Assembly: GCA_963663865.1 (NCBI GenBank)
Contig: OY760686.1
Location: forward strand, 2,976,001-3,040,000
From: Spirochaetota bacterium
Lineage (GTDB): Bacteria > Spirochaetota > UBA4802 > UBA5550
Direction: 5' to 3'
Length of the DNA: 64,000 nucleotides
Shown: piece by piece, positions 59,612 through 64,000 of the stretch
Layout: the number at the start of each line of letters is the position of its first letter
How positions within the stretch are numbered: position 1 is the first letter of the stretch
Notes under the pieces: generated by a model
Seen by the model: only the letters and a program-made list of their open reading frames with translations
Databases searched by the model: none
What the model was told of the DNA's origin: nothing
Made by a program: the position numbers and the translations under genes

Positions 59612-59955
59612 CTATAATCACTCATACCTTTTCAATTCAATTATCATGTAGTCAATTCTAACTTCAAGGCTCCTTCCAGTCAATAGGCAAAAATCCCTTT
59701 AGCCTGTCCTGCTGCCCTTATAATTAAGTAAGTGTTTTCACCTACAGCGCTGTAATGAATATAATTCATCTGGCATACTATTGCCTCAGTTCATCAGCAT
59801 GGCAGAGAATGCGCGCCAGTTGATCCATTTCACGGGTATTATCATCACCCCAATGCCAAAAAAGTGATTGAAACCAGGGCCAGTTAACTGAGAATACCCT
59901 CCAGCTTAAACAAAAGCCCTGTTCTGGCATATTCGGCGCTAAAAGGAGATAGCAT

Positions 59956-61299
59956 TTGGCTTCGTTTATTAAACGATTTGAGATTTCTCCAATTCAGAAA
60001 GTCTTCTTCAGCTTTATTCTGTTGATTCTCACCGGAGCTGCACTCCTGTCGCTGCCCGCTTCAACGCGGTCCGGCATATCATTCGTAGACGCGCTCTTTA
60101 CCTCAACCTCGGCTGTCTGTGTTACAGGGCTTACCGTAGTAAACACAGCAGAAAGCTTTACAGCCTTTGGACAGGGCATAATTGCAGTTCTCATACAGCT
60201 CGGCGGTCTGGGGATAATGACCTTTTCTCTGTCGATATTTTCCCTCATGGGAGGCAGCCTCTCACTGAAATGGCGCTTTACCTTCGAGAACATATACAGC
60301 GACAGCAAGCTCAATCCCATAAAGGGGCTTCTAAAAAGAATACTCGTCTATACAATAACGATAGAAACAGCGGCAGCCCTTCTCCTGTTCTTAGCTTTTA
60401 TTCCAAAACACAGCGCTGTTGAGGCGGCTAGACATGCCGTATTTCATTCAATTTCAGCTTTCTGCAACGCCGGTTTCTCGACATTCCAGAAAGGACTCGT
60501 CCCGTATGCCGGAGACCTTCTTGTTGTAATAACCACAGCTGTCACAATTATGTCAGGTGGATTGGGTTTCCTGGTAATAAACGAGCTGTTCAGAAAACTC
60601 AGGCACAGGAGCAAAAAGCGCCTGACCCTGCACACGAAGATGGTTCTGTGCATGACCGCGGCACTTATAATCGGCGGAACGCTATATATCGCTTTTCTTG
60701 AATGGGACAGCTCGTTCTCTTCATTTTCTCTGCAAGAAAAGATTATCAGCTCTTTTTTCCAATCGGTTACCTGCAGAACAGCCGGCTTCAACACCGTTGA
60801 CATTTCCGGATTGAGACAGGGAACTCATTGCATAATGCTTCTGCTTATGTTCATAGGCGGCAGCCCCGGGTCGATAGCAGGAGGTATTAAGACAACAACT
60901 CTTTTTGTCATTATTGCGATGATAGCCGCGAGATTTAAAGGCCATTCCCAGGTAAGAATTGGAACAAGGGCCGTATCAAAGGATGTTATAGACAGGAGTA
61001 CGACACTTGCCATACTCTCGTTTACTTATATATTCATGGCGACCGCTTTCATGCTTGGAATTCAGAACATGGACAGCTCAAATTCCTTTCTCGCTGTCCT
61101 TTTTGAAGTCGTATCGGCCTTCGCTACAGTCGGCCTCTCAATGGGAGTTACTGAACATCTCTCTGGAGGCGGCAAAATGTTTATCTGCCTGACCATGCTT
61201 CTGGGAAGACTCGGCCCTCTCACCCTGATAATGGCTCTGACGTCAAGGGCCAGGAATATTCCGGTAGAATATCCGGAAGAACAGATTATGATAGGATAG
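59956..61299 (+). CDS. ktrB: Ktr/Trk potassium uptake membrane subunit
   Basis: SAVCVTGL, FCNAGF, RTAGF, GGIK and ATVGLS pore loops. Confidence 0.9.
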   Translation: MASFIKRFEISPIQKVFFSFILLILTGAALLSLPASTRSGISFVDALFTSTSAVCVTGLTVVNTAESFTAFGQGIIAVLIQLGGLGIMTFSLSIFSLMGGSLSLKWRFTFENIYSDSKLNPIKGLLKRILVYTITIETAAALLLFLAFIPKHSAVEAARHAVFHSISAFCNAGFSTFQKGLVPYAGDLLVVITTAVTIMSGGLGFLVINELFRKLRHRSKKRLTLHTKMVLCMTAALIIGGTLYIAFLEWDSSFSSFSLQEKIISSFFQSVTCRTAGFNTVDISGLRQGTHCIMLLLMFIGGSPGSIAGGIKTTTLFVIIAMIAARFKGHSQVRIGTRAVSKDVIDRSTTLAILSFTYIFMATAFMLGIQNMDSSNSFLAVLFEVVSAFATVGLSMGVTEHLSGGGKMFICLTMLLGRLGPLTLIMALTSRARNIPVEYPEEQIMIG

Positions 61300-61303
61300 A
61301 AAA

Positions 61304-61993
61304 ATGAAAAAATTCGCTGCAATAGGACTTGGCAACTTTGGAATGAATATGGCAAGAGTGCTTGTGGAAAACGGCTGCGAGGTACTCGGCATAGACAAAT
61401 CCAAAACCCTGGTCAACCAGGCCAAGGAATTTCTGACTCATGTTGTCGTAGGAGACGCTTCAAACCGGGAAGTGCTTGAGACGCTTTCTCTGACAGACTT
61501 TGACGGCGCTATTGTAAGCATCGGCCAGGATATGGCTCCGAGCATTCTAATTACCCTTTACCTGAAAGAAATCGGTGTTTCAAACATCGTTGTCCGCGCA
61601 ATCTCGGAAGATCACGGAAAGATACTCTCCATGATTGGCGTTAACGACATTGTTTTCCCTGAAAAGGAAATGGCTGCCAGGCTAGCGAACAGACTCTCAC
61701 TAAAAAACGCCGTCGACTACCTGCCGCTCGGAGAAGACTACGGCATTCTTGAAGTAACACCGCCCTCATCGTTCCTCGGCAAAAACCTGAAGGAACTCGA
61801 GATCAGGCAGAGGTTTAACTGCCACGTTATCGGCATAAAGTCTTATATAACCGCGATTGAAGCAGGGCATTACCCCGGCAAGGCTGAGAATGTAATTATC
61901 GCCCCTTCAGCAGATGAGGTTATTACAGATAAAAGTGTCATGATTATTGTCGGCCGCTACCAGGACATAGAGAAGATGAGAAATATCCGTTAA
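61304..61993 (+). CDS. ktrA: Ktr/Trk RCK regulatory subunit
   Basis: GLGNFG Rossmann motif, VFPE, RCK_C domain. Confidence 0.88.
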   Translation: MKKFAAIGLGNFGMNMARVLVENGCEVLGIDKSKTLVNQAKEFLTHVVVGDASNREVLETLSLTDFDGAIVSIGQDMAPSILITLYLKEIGVSNIVVRAISEDHGKILSMIGVNDIVFPEKEMAARLANRLSLKNAVDYLPLGEDYGILEVTPPSSFLGKNLKELEIRQRFNCHVIGIKSYITAIEAGHYPGKAENVIIAPSADEVITDKSVMIIVGRYQDIEKMRNIR

Positions 61994-61995
61994 AG

Positions 61996-62661
61996 CTACA
62001 TGCCTTCGTCAACCCGCCATTGAATGGCGTACTGGACGAGAGCGTCTGCGTTCTCAAGGTTGAGCTTTTTCTTTATGCGCTCCCGATATGTTTCAATGGT
62101 TTTGACACTGAGTAGCATGCCTGCCGCTATATGCCTGGTACTGTGGCCTTCCCCGATCATTCTGAAGACCTCAAGCTCCCGGTTGGTCAGGGCGTCAATT
62201 GGAGAACCGCCGCCCTCTGACGGACCGCCAAGCAGCTTTTCAAGAAGGCTTTCCTTGATCGACGGGCTTAAATAAATCTTACCCGACATGATCTCTCTCA
62301 GCGCGCCTATTATCATTTCAACAGATTCGCTCTTCATAATATAGCCGCGCGCTCCGGCCTTAATTGCTCTCTCCGCGTAAATTGCCTCGTCAAGCATTGA
62401 AAGAATAAGCACCGGAATACTGAACCTGTTTTTTATCGCCTTGGCAAGTTCAATCCCGTTTGTTCCCTTCAGGCCTACATCGACCACCGCTGCGTCGGGA
62501 GAGGTCCTGTCAATCGCAGTTATAGCCTCGCCCGCGTCCTCAGCCTCGGCGCAGACTATGAGATCCTGTTCGTTATTGATAAACCTTGCAAGGCCCTGCC
62601 TTACAACGGAATGGTCATCAACAACAAGAATTTTTTTTCTGTCAATATTCACTTTATCCAT
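61996..62661 (-). CDS. NarL/FixJ-family response regulator
   Basis: VVDDHSVVRQGL, LTNRELEV and SVKTIETYR motifs. Confidence 0.92.
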   Translation of the reverse strand: MDKVNIDRKKILVVDDHSVVRQGLARFINNEQDLIVCAEAEDAGEAITAIDRTSPDAAVVDVGLKGTNGIELAKAIKNRFSIPVLILSMLDEAIYAERAIKAGARGYIMKSESVEMIIGALREIMSGKIYLSPSIKESLLEKLLGGPSEGGGSPIDALTNRELEVFRMIGEGHSTRHIAAGMLLSVKTIETYRERIKKKLNLENADALVQYAIQWRVDEGM

Positions 62662-62856
62662 AAAACAAACCGGCTGTCATATCCCAACCCTTGTTTAAGA
62701 GGGAGGGGATAATGCCTTTTCAGAAAATCAGCTTCCATATAAAGAGTCAAACACATTTCCGCTTAATGCCCTCTTTCCTGCCAATTATGCCTTAAACAGC
62801 ATTACATCACTGCCGGCGGCGGCACATGATAGGACTTAAGCTTTCAGCACATCAAT

Positions 62857-64000
62857 TTAAACAGACGAAACTGGCAGCATACATTTAACAACCGTCCCGC
62901 CCCCGGGCACAGGACCAATTTCCATTTGTGCACGAAGCAGCTTGGCCCTGTAACGCATAATATGAGATCCAAGGCCTCCGGGATTATCATCTCCTGTACT
63001 TTCATCGAGTCCGATGCCGTTGTCCCTTATCTCAACCACGATATTATTGTTATCATGGCCGATATCAACAACAATCCTGTCAGCCATTCCATGCCTTACG
63101 GCATTATTCACGGCTTCGACGATTATATAGTAGAGGTTCATGGCTCTGTCATTCCCCTCTATCATCAGATCAAATTCGCAATGCAGGGTACAGCTTATTC
63201 CATAAAGCTTCTCGACATTCACGCACAGAATCCGAAGGGTCTCAAGAATGCCTTCCTCGGCTATATTGACAGGATTGAGTCCTCTCGCGAGAACCCTTGA
63301 CTGCGCCCTTGCCTCATTTACCAGCCCGAGGAGCTCAATGGCATTCTCTGTTTCAGGCAAGCTTTTCTCTTCAAGCTTCTTGATGAGAAACTCACACATA
63401 AAGCCGATACCCGTCAACACCTGTCCCAGTCCGTCATGAATGTCCCTTCCGATCCTCTGGCGTTCCATATCTACTGCATCCATAACCTTTTTCTCGGCCT
63501 GACGCTTTGCAGTTATATCCCTGACAAAGGCCTGATATCCGCCTCTCTGTCCATTGTCGCCATACAGTGGAAGCACCGACACGCTCACAAGAATCTCTCT
63601 GCCTGTTTTGGAAACTATCCTTATTTCCACATCTCTTATCGAGCCGCTGGCCTCAATATGCTCTATCAGCTTCTGCTTCTCTGTAGGATCAAGAACCATG
63701 CTCCCCACATCAGATCCGATCAGTTCTTCGCGTCCATGTTCAAACAGGCGTATTGCGGCGAAATTGACATCGACAATCTGCCGGTTATTATCATACAGAA
63801 TTATCGGGTCTCTGGACTTTTCAAAAAGCATGCGGTACTTCATCTCGCTCAACCTGAGACGGTTGTCCATTGAGTGTTTAAATAGGGCCGTCTCAACCAC
63901 TGCGTACAGTTCGCGCACATGAACGGGCTTTATGATGAAGCCGTATGGTCCCGCAAGGCTTGCCTTTCTCAATACATCATCATCTGAATGTCCCGTAATA
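62857..64000 (-). CDS. REC-PAS-HisKA_3 histidine kinase (5' end outside the window)
   Basis: Receiver tail (PYGFIIKP), PAS/PAC (RDIT), ERQRIGRDIHDGLGQ, EAVNNA and DNGIG motifs. Confidence 0.88.
   Translation of the reverse strand, partial: ITGHSDDDVLRKASLAGPYGFIIKPVHVRELYAVVETALFKHSMDNRLRLSEMKYRMLFEKSRDPIILYDNNRQIVDVNFAAIRLFEHGREELIGSDVGSMVLDPTEKQKLIEHIEASGSIRDVEIRIVSKTGREILVSVSVLPLYGDNGQRGGYQAFVRDITAKRQAEKKVMDAVDMERQRIGRDIHDGLGQVLTGIGFMCEFLIKKLEEKSLPETENAIELLGLVNEARAQSRVLARGLNPVNIAEEGILETLRILCVNVEKLYGISCTLHCEFDLMIEGNDRAMNLYYIIVEAVNNAVRHGMADRIVVDIGHDNNNIVVEIRDNGIGLDESTGDDNPGGLGSHIMRYRAKLLRAQMEIGPVPGGGTVVKCMLPVSSV

Noticed and set aside
59612-59955. c-di-AMP riboswitch or sigma54 promoter upstream of ktrB
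   Set aside because: No ydaO-type motif is seen. TGGCATACTATTGC (59771-59784) has GG-N9-GC spacing, one base short, and a second candidate lies too close to the RBS.
194-63922. Numerous short antisense or overlapping ORFs in the track (e.g. 11045..11605, 17005..17595, 18596..19207, 33795..34028, 38289..38522)
   Set aside because: Most are shadows of well-supported genes and the rest span repeats or hairpins; I recognise no protein motifs in them.
1-64000. tRNA, rRNA, prophage or recognised defence genes
   Set aside because: None seen by eye. The NYN protein is a common stand-alone LabA/DUF88 type with no adjacent antitoxin or defence partner.

Overview
A 64-kb bacterial chromosomal segment. 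It is probably from an anaerobic spirochaete related to Leptospirae; this is inferred from spirochaetal-style lipoproteins, the parAB/yaaR/bactofilin linkage and a spirochaete-like outer-membrane protein. Housekeeping blocks: parA-parB, yfcE-metG-ricT-holB-yaaR-bactofilin, dapL, paaK-ACT-iorAB, a CIRCE-controlled triple hsp20 operon, trmB-ilvE, clpB, clpS-clpA-aat, ktrBA and two-component genes. An accessory stretch (~22-45 kb) holds: a GH3-fold lipoprotein lacking its catalytic residues; two paralogous lipoproteins; a C39-like peptidase / RimK-type ATP-grasp / GCS2 ligase operon of unknown product; an apparently intact IS3 with no target duplication; a 4 x 42-bp tandem array (open as a 58-aa repeat peptide) fused to a perfect 20-bp GTAG-type hairpin; a structured intergenic element; and an AraC regulator fused to a sensor-type beta-propeller with no membrane anchor. 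All calls come from reading motifs by eye; no database searches were run.
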